64,000 nucleotides of DNA from an uncultured Pseudomonadota bacterium (GCA_937885575.1 CALABO010000014.1:20726-84725); one strand, 5' to 3'; positions 1-8,718 are shown, counted from the first letter of the stretch. Made by a program: numbers and translations. Notes: generated by a model not told the origin, from the letters alone.

Positions 1-27
1 CAGCGTAACGGAAGAATAGAAAAGGTG

Positions 28-411
28 ATGGTTATGCAAGGAAATAGCGAAAAGCAAAATTGTCAAGAATTTAAAGATGTCGGTGATGTTTTGTCTTTTC
101 TTTTTAGGTCAGCCAAGGGTAAGCAGTTGTCTCGTGCGGAAGTAGTGAAGGTGTTTAATATTGTTTCTGAGTGGTTTAAGAAAGCACCTGGGTATAAGAA
201 ACCAGTGTATACCGCGGTTGAAACGGATGCCCATGCGCATAGGTTGCTTACCGAACTTAGGGAGCATAGTTTTAGGTCACTTGGGGCGGGCGAGCAATAT
301 TGGGTGAAAGGTTCAAATGGCTCGTCTGAATGGCTTGTGAAAGTTTCAGATATTCGTGATTTGTTGATAAAAACATATCCGCAAATGGCGTGTTTGGGTA
401 AAAATAAATAA
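28..411 (+). CDS. hypothetical protein with no recognisable family; sits where rpmD/rpsE normally precede rplO
   Basis: ORF track 25..411 (GTG start) has in-frame ATGs at 28 and 34. It is on the same strand as rplO with a short gap. I recognise no motif. Confidence 0.4.
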   Translation: MVMQGNSEKQNCQEFKDVGDVLSFLFRSAKGKQLSRAEVVKVFNIVSEWFKKAPGYKKPVYTAVETDAHAHRLLTELREHSFRSLGAGEQYWVKGSNGSSEWLVKVSDIRDLLIKTYPQMACLGKNK

Positions 412-476
412 ACCGAGTATGCGGATACTTGTCCGCATGCGCAAACGAACTATATAAAGTTCATAGGAGTAAAAAG

Positions 477-935
477 ATGAAATTAAATGCTTTGATGGAT
501 AACAAGGGGGCACGGGCCGGTATCAAACGCGTTGGGCGTGGTATGGCGTCGGGTTATGGTAAAACCGCGGGTCGTGGAACCAAGGGTCAAAAGGCACGCG
601 CGGGTTCACGTAAACAGGCAACTTTCCAGGGTGGTCAGATGCCGATTTTGCGTCGTTTCCCAAAATATGGGTTTACAAATCCGTTTGCGAAACACTATGC
701 AACAATCAATTTAGGCGATATTGAAAAGTTTATTACTGCTGGCAAAATTGATGCCAAGAAAGATATCACTATCGATTCTTTGATAGCGGCAAAGGTTTTG
801 AATCGCCGTATGTCTGGTCTGAAAGTTTTGGCCAAGGGTGAAATTAAGACTGCGGTGAATATCGTTGCAGCAAAATGGTCCAAGGCGGCCGAAGCGGCCA
901 TCACCAAGGCGGGCGGAACAATCAAAAATAAATAA
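477..935 (+). CDS. rplO: 50S ribosomal protein L15
   Basis: The translation MKLNALMDNKGA..GRGMASGYGKTAGRGTKGQKARAG.. is a typical L15 N-terminus. ATG at 477 follows GGAG at 464-467. The ORF-track TTG start at 429 is probably too far upstream. Confidence 0.9.
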   Translation: MKLNALMDNKGARAGIKRVGRGMASGYGKTAGRGTKGQKARAGSRKQATFQGGQMPILRRFPKYGFTNPFAKHYATINLGDIEKFITAGKIDAKKDITIDSLIAAKVLNRRMSGLKVLAKGEIKTAVNIVAAKWSKAAEAAITKAGGTIKNK

Positions 936-961
936 TCGGGAACAGGAAAGAGAGACGGCGC

Positions 962-2278
962 ATGAAATTCATATCAAGGTTTTTTGGGAAACTTTCAGAT
1001 TTGCAAAAGCGTATTTTGTTTACGCTTGGGGCGCTGGTTATCTATCGCGTTGGTTCGTTTATTCCGTTGCCGGGCGTAAATGCGTCGGCGGTGTTGCACC
1101 TGTTTACCGGCGAAGGCAGTGGTATGATGGGCATGTTTGATATGTTCACCGGTGGGTCGCTTTCGCGTATGTCGGTGTTGGCACTCAACATTTTCCCGTA
1201 TATTTCGGCATCTATCGTGTTGCAATTGTTGACCGCGACCAGTAAATCGCTAAATGATTTACGCAAAGAAGGCGAATCGGGCCGTATCAAAATCAACCAA
1301 TATACGCGCTATTTGGCGGTATTGCTGGCCGTGGTTCAGGGTTGGGCCGTGGTGCGGGGGTTGGAGGTTATGGCGCCGGTCAATGGTGTGCGCGCGGTTG
1401 TGAATCCTGGATTTTCGTTTGAATTGTCGGCTATTATTGCACTGGTTGGTGGAACGGTTTTCGTTATGTGGCTTGCGGAACAAATTACCGCACGTGGCAT
1501 AGGCCAGGGCGCATCGTTGCTGATTTTCGCGGGCATTATCGCGCAAATTCCCGAAGGTGTCGCGAAAATTGTGTCCCTTGGGTCCGTTGGGCAAATGTCG
1601 CCGGCGATGATTGCGTTGGTGATTTTGTTCGTGGTTGGAATTGTCGCGCTGATTGCGTTCTTTGAATTGGCGCAACGTCGCGTGCAAATCTTGTACCCGC
1701 GCCAGGTTATGGCGAACGGTGTTGTGAATACGAACGCATCTTACTTGCCGATAAAGGTCAATATGTCGGGCGTCATGGGGCCGGTGTTTGCGTCGTCCAT
1801 TATGATGTTGCCGGCGTTCGTGCAACGATTCGTTCAAAGTGAAAACTTGGTTGTGCAAAGTATCATGGGGTTCTTTACGTATGGCGCGTGGTCATATATC
1901 ATTTTATATACGATTTTGATTGCGTTCTTTGCGTATTTCCAAACGGCGGTCGTGTTTAATTCTGAGGAAACCAGTAATAATCTGCGCAATGCCGGCGGTT
2001 ATATTCCGGGTGTGCGGCCGGGCGAACAGACGGTAAGTTTTCTTGATTCCATGGTTTCACGGGTGACGGCGATTGGCGTTTTGTACCTGATTGTCGTGTG
2101 CGTGTTGCCGATTATCTTGAATACGCACTTTGGAATGCCGCTGATGATTGGTGGAACCAGTGTTTTAATCGTTGCGGGTGTCGTGCTTGACACCATGAAC
2201 CAGGTGCAATCTTATTTGGTTGCGAAGCAGTATCATGGCGTTATGGGCGCCGCAAAGAAAGGTCGTTTCCGTAATTAA
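962..2278 (+). CDS. secY: preprotein translocase subunit SecY
   Basis: 438-aa polytopic membrane protein with canonical SecY N-terminus (LQKRILFTLGALVIYRVGSFIPLPG) and the expected position after rplO. Confidence 0.95.
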   Translation: MKFISRFFGKLSDLQKRILFTLGALVIYRVGSFIPLPGVNASAVLHLFTGEGSGMMGMFDMFTGGSLSRMSVLALNIFPYISASIVLQLLTATSKSLNDLRKEGESGRIKINQYTRYLAVLLAVVQGWAVVRGLEVMAPVNGVRAVVNPGFSFELSAIIALVGGTVFVMWLAEQITARGIGQGASLLIFAGIIAQIPEGVAKIVSLGSVGQMSPAMIALVILFVVGIVALIAFFELAQRRVQILYPRQVMANGVVNTNASYLPIKVNMSGVMGPVFASSIMMLPAFVQRFVQSENLVVQSIMGFFTYGAWSYIILYTILIAFFAYFQTAVVFNSEETSNNLRNAGGYIPGVRPGEQTVSFLDSMVSRVTAIGVLYLIVVCVLPIILNTHFGMPLMIGGTSVLIVAGVVLDTMNQVQSYLVAKQYHGVMGAAKKGRFRN

Positions 2279-2389
2279 AATTTACGCGAAACAAAGGTTT
2301 GACTTTTGCGCCGATTCGTATAGAATTGTCGTAATGGCAAAAATGGGGGCGGAAACGTCCGAACAAAAAAATAAAAAGGAAAAATAAAA

Positions 2390-2767
2390 ATGGCACGTAT
2401 AGCAGGTGTAAATATACCCACAGAAAAACGTATCGAGGCCGCGTTGCAATACATTCATGGCATTGGGCCAACCCGCGCCGCACAGATTTGCAAGGCACTG
2501 AAATTAAAGGACGGTCTGCGCGCAAAGGATTTGACCGACGAAGACGTTATCAAAATTTCGAACTATATCGAACAGAATTTCAAGGTCGAAGGTGATGTCC
2601 GTCGCGAAGTTGCGATGAATATCAAACGGCTGCAAGATTTGAAAACATATCGCGGTATCCGTCATCGTAACCGCTTGCCGGTGCGCGGTCAACGGACTCA
2701 GACGAACGCACGCACGCGCAAGGGTAAACGTATCGTTGTCGCGGGTTCTGCGGTCAAGGGTAAATAA
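2390..2767 (+). CDS. rpsM: 30S ribosomal protein S13
   Basis: [26 protein letters not shown].. is the canonical S13 sequence. Confidence 0.95.
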   Translation: MARIAGVNIPTEKRIEAALQYIHGIGPTRAAQICKALKLKDGLRAKDLTDEDVIKISNYIEQNFKVEGDVRREVAMNIKRLQDLKTYRGIRHRNRLPVRGQRTQTNARTRKGKRIVVAGSAVKGK

Positions 2768-2831
2768 TAAAATTGGGTAGAGATTAACACGATAGTTAAT
2801 TGAAGACATCTAATCAAAGGAAAAAACAAAA

Positions 2832-3209
2832 ATGGCATTAAATAAAAAGAAAGTTGTAAAAAAAGTTTCGCACGGCATTGCACATGTCGTTGCCACAAAT
2901 AATAATACGCGTATCACAATCACCGATCAATCAGGTGCGGTTTTGACTTGGGCGACGGCGGGCGCGAATAATTTCAAGGGCGCAAAGAAATCGACCCCGT
3001 ATGCGGCGACGGTTGTCGCGGACGCGGTTGGCAAAAAGGTTGCCGAAATGGGTATGAAGACCGTCGATGTCCTTATGCGCGGAATTGGCCAGGGGCGTGA
3101 ATCCGCGGTTCGTGGTTTGGCGAATGCCGGGTTGGTTGTGCAAAGTATTACCGATACAACGCGTATTCCGCACAACGGTTGCCGTCCAAAGAAAGTGCGT
3201 AGAGTTTAA
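2832..3209 (+). CDS. rpsK: 30S ribosomal protein S11
   Basis: ..GIAHVVATNNNTRITITDQSGAVLTWATAG..PHNGCRPKKVRRV is the canonical S11 sequence. Confidence 0.95.
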   Translation: MALNKKKVVKKVSHGIAHVVATNNNTRITITDQSGAVLTWATAGANNFKGAKKSTPYAATVVADAVGKKVAEMGMKTVDVLMRGIGQGRESAVRGLANAGLVVQSITDTTRIPHNGCRPKKVRRV

Positions 3210-3210
3210 G

Positions 3211-3236
3211 AAAAAATCCGCCAAGGCGGATTTTTT
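3211..3236 (+). terminator. rho-independent terminator after rpsK
   Basis: Hairpin ATCCGCC-AA-GGCGGAT is followed by TTTTTT. Confidence 0.8.
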
Positions 3237-3266
3237 AGTGTGAGTGTTAGTGATTAGTGTAAGTGG
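3236..3266 (+). repeat. (T/A)AGTG hexamer array
   Basis: Sequence is tagtgtgagtgttagtgattagtgtaagtgg. It belongs to the same family as the arrays at 21254, 23976, 25007, 38451, 41131, 41185(-), 46508, 49443, 49577(-) and 59097. Confidence 0.8.
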
Positions 3267-3291
3267 AACCGGTGCGTTGCTCCGGTTTTTT
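3267..3291 (+). terminator. second hairpin plus T-run downstream of rpsK
   Basis: AACCGG-tgcgttgct-CCGGTT is followed by TTTTT. Confidence 0.6.
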
Positions 3292-3292
3292 G

Positions 3293-3447
3293 TATGGATT
3301 CCAGAGAACAAAGTTCCCCTCTGTCGCGCCTTTGGCGCGACGAAGAGAGGGGTGCCCCGTGGAACGGGGCGGGGTGTGGTGGTTGCGTACGTGTAGCAAA
3401 TTCACAGGAAGTCCGACAAGATACCGGCTTTCGCCGGTATGACGGCA
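3293..3447. repeat. nested palindromic REP/MITE-like element
   Basis: Modules present: attccagag, GTTCCCCTCT..AGAGGGGTG (with a nested gcgcc-tttg-ggcgc hairpin), GGCGGGGTGT, and TCCGACAAGAT-hairpin-GACGG. Each module recurs elsewhere in the window. Confidence 0.7.
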
Positions 3448-3528
3448 TTTTTATTAGTTTCTTGCGCCGGGCATCATTTTATGATACAATATTCCCCATA
3501 GGGAGATTTTTAATAAAAGGAAAGAGAG

Positions 3529-4563
3529 ATGAAAAAACTGCTTGTGTTTTTTATGGTTTTGTTTGGAATAAGTTTGGGCGCGATGGCGGATGAGTTTGGA
3601 GATTTGATGGAATACGGCAAGCGTGTCGGTCCGTGTGTATTAAAGCCTGGTGGTGCTGACGTAGATGGGACATATGCTATATTTTTTAAGACTGGGGAAG
3701 CGAAACCAACGCAAGAATGTATAAATGATTTTAATAAGATTAAAGAAGAATTGGATGATTTATATAAAAACGGAGATGTTGAATATTTTGTAGTTGTGGG
3801 AAGTGCTGATTCACAAGGCGCCGCATCTGATTATCCAAATGATGTTTTGTCGGGAAATCGTTATAATTATGCGATTACAGAGATAATTCCAGAATATTCA
3901 GAGGTTAGAGATGAGGGTTGGCTGTCTGGCGATGTTACAGGGCGTTTGTTTAAGAAAGAAAGAATAAAAAATCCATTATATAGAAGTGTGTATATTTATG
4001 TTGGTTGGCGACTTGCACAGTGTCCAGCAAAGTTTGTTGGAAAATTGGATGCGTATGAAAAAGAATTGGTGGACGCTTTAGGTAAATACCCGAATTCAAA
4101 GAACAAGATACAAGACGCTTTAAATGGTGTAAAAAAGGCAAAGGAAATTTGTGGTGATGGTGGTAAAACGTTGAGAGCAAGCAAAGTTGAGCAATTGTTG
4201 GATGAGGTGTATCGTATGTTATTGGATGTTGGTGATATAGTCGTGTCAATTGGGGTCATGAATACAGATGTTGGCATTGATGTTTCCTATCAGGAGAATT
4301 CGATTGATTTGCAATATTCGAAACTTGATAATTTGCGGCGCGAGTTCGGACTTTCCGTGTGGCGGGATGAAAATGGGAATTTTAATACTGCGCGGTTGGT
4401 GTCAGATTCGATTGCCGGCGTTGTTTTGGGGACCGTTGGTGGGATTGTGACCAGTAAATTGGTCAAGAAAAATCAATTAAAGAAAGGTTTTGAAGATATT
4501 GGTTGTTATGTCGGCGGTCAATCCGTCGCCGGATACGGTGATGAGTTTTATGTAGGACGGTAA
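3529..4563 (+). CDS. secreted or membrane-anchored hypothetical protein; possible divergent OmpA-C-like segment and C-terminal glycine-zipper helix
   Basis: Signal peptide MKKLLVFFMVLFGISLGAMA. VVVGSADSQGAASDYPNDVLSGNRYNYA...NPLYRSVYIYV loosely follows the OmpA-like GHTD..G..N..LS..R...NRRVEI pattern. IAGVVLGTVGGIVTSKLV is hydrophobic. A good RBS (aaaggaaagagag) precedes the ATG. Confidence 0.6.
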   Translation: MKKLLVFFMVLFGISLGAMADEFGDLMEYGKRVGPCVLKPGGADVDGTYAIFFKTGEAKPTQECINDFNKIKEELDDLYKNGDVEYFVVVGSADSQGAASDYPNDVLSGNRYNYAITEIIPEYSEVRDEGWLSGDVTGRLFKKERIKNPLYRSVYIYVGWRLAQCPAKFVGKLDAYEKELVDALGKYPNSKNKIQDALNGVKKAKEICGDGGKTLRASKVEQLLDEVYRMLLDVGDIVVSIGVMNTDVGIDVSYQENSIDLQYSKLDNLRREFGLSVWRDENGNFNTARLVSDSIAGVVLGTVGGIVTSKLVKKNQLKKGFEDIGCYVGGQSVAGYGDEFYVGR

Positions 4564-4565
4564 GT

Positions 4566-4712
4566 GTGTCGTCATACCGGCGAAAGCCGGTATCTACGCG
4601 GGGTTGCAGTGAATTAACTCTCTGCCGATCCGACAAGATTCCGCGTGAAACCACCCACAAAAATGTTGCACATTTTTGTGGGGCCCGGTACCGCGGAATG
4701 ACGGTATAAAAA
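4566..4712. repeat. nested palindromic REP/MITE-like element
   Basis: Contains the inverted copy (4570-4595) of the 26-mer at 3419-3444, the hairpin CCCACAAAAATG-ttgc-CATTTTTGTGGGG (4654-4683), and ATTCCGCG..CGCGGAAT. Confidence 0.7.
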
Positions 4713-5157
4713 ACGATGGCGTTGGCCACCGTTTCACTAATAATAATTAACAGAAGCGAGTAAGTTGGCTGAAAGCCGCAGAATCCGTGGCTTACAGCGG
4801 TTTTTGCGGTTTGTTCATATATGGCTATGTGTTTTCTGAAAAACGCACTAAAATCAACGAATTATGCGTAGATTTCTGTATAAAATTATGTACATATGCA
4901 TACATGTCATACGTGATATTTGCTTTTATTTCAGTATTTGATTTCATGTTATAAATCTATATTGAAACCAAGTTTGATTGTTAACAGATATTACAAAATG
5001 CATATATCTCTTTTGATATCAAAATTGAAATCAGTATGGATTCTAGTTCTGATTGCTATTGCAAAGATACCGTTTTTTTACTATGCTTAGTTCAGAAAAA
5101 TAATCGTAAAACAATGAGGTATTGTTGTCCGTATGTCATTTTTTATATAAAATCTAT

Positions 5158-5226
5158 GCGACACACGGAATGGTGTATTGGTTTTCTGCACTTGCCAGAC
5201 ACGCCGAGTGATATTCCGTGTGTCGC
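5158..5226. repeat. perfect 14-bp inverted repeat (stem-loop) in an ORF-poor AT-rich spacer
   Basis: GCGACACACGGAAT (5158-5171) and ATTCCGTGTGTCGC (5213-5226) are separated by a 41-nt loop. Confidence 0.7.
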
Positions 5227-5544
5227 TAGAAAAATGTATTGTGTTCAACCCCTTGAAAATGCTGGAAAAAACATTTTGACCCCAATGTTCCCGTATACAA
5301 ATATGTAGTTTTTGCAAAAAAGGGCGAATTTCGTACCGGTTTTTGATTGTTTTTGATGGCATATGATTTGCTCGTGCGAGTACGAATTGCCGGAATTTTT
5401 GAGAAAGAAAAACAATAAAAAACCGCAGAAATCTGCGGTGTATCTTGGCTCAGATGTATAAACTTGGTTCGAACAAGGGATATCTTAGATTTACTTAGCT
5501 TGGGTAAAAGTATTGAAAAGATTTTGCAGCGTTATCCAGTATAA

Positions 5545-5572
5545 TCGTGTAAATTCGTGTAAAATCGTGTAA
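5545..5572 (+). repeat. three 10-bp-phased direct repeats of TCGTGTAA
   Basis: TCGTGTAA occurs at 5545, 5555 and 5565, about 75 bp outside attL. Confidence 0.6.
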
Positions 5573-5644
5573 GTTCCCATGTCAACCCAGCAGAAATCAG
5601 GCAAAAACCCAAAATTTATTCGTTTGCCATCCCATCTGCTCAAC

Positions 5645-5662
5645 TGACATACGGATTAACAG
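5645..5662 (+). repeat. attL core (TGACATACGGATTAACAG)
   Basis: Identical 18-mer at 16611-16628. Confidence 0.8.
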
Positions 5663-5763
5663 TCCTAGTGTCAGTATTTAAATAATTTTTAATTTTTTAT
5701 AATTTTTCTTGATTTTCTGCGGGTTCTACACTATAATATATGGTATATGAAGTTTAACGAAGT

Positions 5764-5815
5764 CATAGAATAAACCATAGAATATGACGCCGTTTATAGA
5801 ATATGCATAGAATAA
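5764..5815 (+). promoter_or_regulatory. candidate arm-type integrase/Xis binding sites (4 copies of [CT]ATAGAATA[AT])
   Basis: catagaataa at 5764, catagaatat at 5776, tatagaatat at 5795, catagaataa at 5806. The same motif occurs twice at the other end of the island. Confidence 0.6.
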
Positions 5816-5829
5816 AAATGGGATAGAAA

Positions 5830-7014
5830 ATGAAAACAGAACGCATCAAATTTACACAGAAAACAATCGACGCATTGCCAGTGCCAGAATCAGGCCAGAA
5901 GATATATTATGACACAGATTCCAACGATGGTTTGTGCCTGATTGCATCATATGGTGGGTCAAAAACCTATTTTTTGCAAATGTTTTTTCGTGGTCGTGGC
6001 ACCAAGACCAAAATCGGGTCGGCCAAGATTATGAAATTGGCCGAAGCCAAAGCAAAGGCACACACATTGCGTGAACGTGCTGAACAGGGAATAGACCCAA
6101 GTCAGGAACGTAATGAAGCGTTGCGGGATATGACATTGAAACAGTTTTTCTATGATGTTTATTATCCAAGACACGTCAAGGTTCACACGCGCCCAAAAAC
6201 ACAGGCCAAAGATGAAACAATGTTTCGTAATAATCTGGCAATGTTTCACAGTCGCAAGATGATGAGCATAACCAAAGCGGATGTTGAACGGTTGCACGTT
6301 GAATTGAAGGACAGAATAAGTTTATACACGGCAAACCGTGCGATTGGTATGTTAAAGCATATGTATAACAAAGCCATTGAATGGGGGTATCCAGCGCACA
6401 GCGGTAATCCTGTTGTTGGTATAAAGATGTTCAAAGAACGGTCCCGTGAACGTTTCCTGCAACCAGATGAGATTAATCGGTTCTTTGCTGCGTTGTATGA
6501 AGACCCAAATGAAATGTTTAGGAATTATATTTTGTTATCATTATTTATCGGTCAGCGACGCCAAAATATGTTATCTATGCGCTGGTCTTATGTGGATTTA
6601 AAACTTGGTGTTGTGTCGTTCCCAGATTCCAAGAACGGTGACCCCCAGCGCATCCCGTTAATAACACAGGCGTGGGATATTCTGAAAGAAATGCGCCGTC
6701 ACGCAACAGACGATTGGGTGTTTTCAAGCCAGAACGGCAGCAAAAGTGGTCACGTTGAAGATTTGCATCGGCCTTGGTATGCTTTGTTAAAGCGTGCTGG
6801 CATAGAAGATTTGCGTTTGCACGATTTGCGACGCACATTTGGTAGTTATCAGGCCATCACAGGTGCAAGTTTGCATATAATTGGCAAGTCCTTGGGTGAC
6901 AAAACCAGCGCAGCAACCAAAGTTTATTCGCGTCTGACAATGGACCCTGTTCGTGATTCAATTCAGCGTGGTGCAGACAAGATGTTGGAATTCGTAGAAC
7001 AAAACAAAGCGTAA
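5830..7014 (+). CDS. int: tyrosine-type site-specific integrase (P4-like, N-terminal arm-binding domain)
   Basis: The N-terminus KFTQKTIDALPVPESGQKIYYDTDSNDGLCLIASYGGSKTYF is typical of the DUF4102 arm-binding domain. The C-terminus has HDLRRTFGS and a ..KVYSRL.. catalytic Tyr region. Confidence 0.9.
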   Translation: MKTERIKFTQKTIDALPVPESGQKIYYDTDSNDGLCLIASYGGSKTYFLQMFFRGRGTKTKIGSAKIMKLAEAKAKAHTLRERAEQGIDPSQERNEALRDMTLKQFFYDVYYPRHVKVHTRPKTQAKDETMFRNNLAMFHSRKMMSITKADVERLHVELKDRISLYTANRAIGMLKHMYNKAIEWGYPAHSGNPVVGIKMFKERSRERFLQPDEINRFFAALYEDPNEMFRNYILLSLFIGQRRQNMLSMRWSYVDLKLGVVSFPDSKNGDPQRIPLITQAWDILKEMRRHATDDWVFSSQNGSKSGHVEDLHRPWYALLKRAGIEDLRLHDLRRTFGSYQAITGASLHIIGKSLGDKTSAATKVYSRLTMDPVRDSIQRGADKMLEFVEQNKA

Positions 7015-7074
7015 AAAGTTTTTATGGCTTTTTAACACAAAATCTTTACAATACACCACAACAAGGATAAAAAT

Positions 7075-8334
7075 ATGACAGCAGAAATCGTGGTCTATAA
7101 TAGAAATGCAATAGCGCTGGCTGCAGATAGTGCGGTCACCGTTGGGAGAAAAACATACAATTCGGCAAATAAATTATATATGTTGTCAAAGTATTATCCT
7201 GTCGGGGTTTTGATATATAATAGTGCCCGAATAAACAATATCCCCGTTGAAATAATAGTAAAAGAATATCGAAAACGCTTAGGACGCAGATGTTTTGATT
7301 TCCTTAAAGAATACAAAGAAGATTTCGTAAAGTTTTTGCGTTCGTTTATCCAAGAGCAAGAAAATGAAATGGATAAAAAGAACAGCATACTTGTTCAATT
7401 GCAAAATATGTTTTATTTTGTGACGTCTGGACCAGATGTGCCGCAAGTGCAACAAGGACAGGATTTTTTTGAAGAATTTAATAAACACTTGGATAGGGTT
7501 TTTGATGAAATTAGTAAAATTGTTCCCGCAGAAAAAAATGTGGATTTGACACTTGTAGATATTAAAACCGAAATGGCCAACATTATTCGTGCGTTGATGA
7601 AGATACAAGATATCAATGAACAAACACTGGATAAATTGGAAAAGTTGTTTCCATATTACATAAATATGCAAGGTAATCCAAATGTCACAGGTATCGCGAT
7701 ATGCGGTTATGGCGAAAAAGAATTTATGCCGAAAGTATATTGTTTTGAAACCTTAGGTTTTCTTAATGATTGTTTTAAATTGACAGATACCCAAACGAAT
7801 GAAAATACTGTGGAGGGGGTTATCCCGTTGGCACAACGGGATATGGCGGATTTATTTATTTCTGGCATTGATGATGGTGTTTATAAATTTATTGTCAAAC
7901 AATATGAAGATTTTATAGATGATTTATTTTCTGAAACAACCCAGGCAGATGCTGCATTTGCAAGATATGTGAAAATATATAAATCGAAAGTATCCGAGAA
8001 GATACAGGGGATTTTAACAGAAGAAAAAATACAGCCATTGTTAAACGTAATAGGTATACTTTCAAAAGAAGAATTGGCAGAACTTGCAGAAAGTTTAGTA
8101 AATTTACAGGCATTAAAACATAAAATGTCATTGAATATCGAAACTGTTGGTGGGCCTATTGATGTGGCAATAATATCTAAACACGATGGTTTTATATGGA
8201 AAAAACGAAAATTATATTTTGATAAAGATTTGAATAGTCATTTTTTTGAAAATTACTTTTCTAAAGATGATAATTGTGATAAAATAAAGACCAAAGGGGT
8301 GGATGATGACGACTTATCTGGTTGTAAATGCTAG
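7075..8334 (+). CDS. divergent proteasome-beta / HslV-like Ntn-hydrolase family protein with a large insertion
   Basis: M-T-AEIVVYNRNAIALAADSAVTVGRKTYNSANKLYML parallels TTIV...vvlAaDtrat.g....KK of the HslV/20S-beta N-terminus. Counting from Thr, Asp falls at position 17 and Lys at position 32. The C-terminal VGGPIDVAIISKHDGFIW resembles the conserved GG...va.i.kdG strand. Confidence 0.5.
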   Translation: MTAEIVVYNRNAIALAADSAVTVGRKTYNSANKLYMLSKYYPVGVLIYNSARINNIPVEIIVKEYRKRLGRRCFDFLKEYKEDFVKFLRSFIQEQENEMDKKNSILVQLQNMFYFVTSGPDVPQVQQGQDFFEEFNKHLDRVFDEISKIVPAEKNVDLTLVDIKTEMANIIRALMKIQDINEQTLDKLEKLFPYYINMQGNPNVTGIAICGYGEKEFMPKVYCFETLGFLNDCFKLTDTQTNENTVEGVIPLAQRDMADLFISGIDDGVYKFIVKQYEDFIDDLFSETTQADAAFARYVKIYKSKVSEKIQGILTEEKIQPLLNVIGILSKEELAELAESLVNLQALKHKMSLNIETVGGPIDVAIISKHDGFIWKKRKLYFDKDLNSHFFENYFSKDDNCDKIKTKGVDDDDLSGCKC

Positions 8335-8335
8335 T

Positions 8336-8473
8336 ATGATGGGGCAGTATAACAGATTGCCGACGTTTATCGGACACCAAGATTTGGGACGCCGTATGGC
8401 ACGCGAGTTTCGTGCAAATTTTCAAAAAAAATATGCCACGAAGTCAAAGAAAAAAAGCGTTAAATTTAAATAA
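8336..8473 (+). CDS. possible 45-aa basic micro-ORF, translationally coupled to the Ntn-hydrolase-like gene
   Basis: ATG lies 1 nt after the upstream TAG stop. Translation is MMGQYNRLPTFIGHQDLGRRMAREFRANFQKKYATKSKKKSVKFK. It is below the ORF-track length cutoff. Confidence 0.25.
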   Translation: MMGQYNRLPTFIGHQDLGRRMAREFRANFQKKYATKSKKKSVKFK

Positions 8474-8493
8474 TAGTATTTCCACACCAAGCG

Positions 8494-8515
8494 TTAACTA
8501 GGTCTTAACTAGGTC
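8494..8515 (+). promoter_or_regulatory. perfect tandem 11-bp direct repeat TTAACTAGGTC x2 (operator-like)
   Basis: Copies at 8494-8504 and 8505-8515, about 200 bp upstream of the HNH gene. Confidence 0.4.
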
Positions 8516-8718
8516 AATAGTGACCTGTATTGTATATCAAGCCAGAGCCCATATCAACATATGTGTATACCTTATCCACCATCTTACCCCCTATACTATA
8601 TCCCTATACCCCCCCAGGGGGTGGTGGTAAATCCCAGAGCAAAAACGATGTTTTTTGCTTACAAACAAAAACGTAATCTGGTATAACAAAACATATAAGA
8701 CAATTAAAGTATATTGAT

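Noticed and set aside
5036-5362. Two overlapping, antisense 90-aa ORFs in the AT-rich spacer
   Set aside because: They are mutually exclusive, have no RBS, show Cys/Phe/Tyr-rich composition typical of random AT-rich ORFs, and span the 14-bp inverted repeat.
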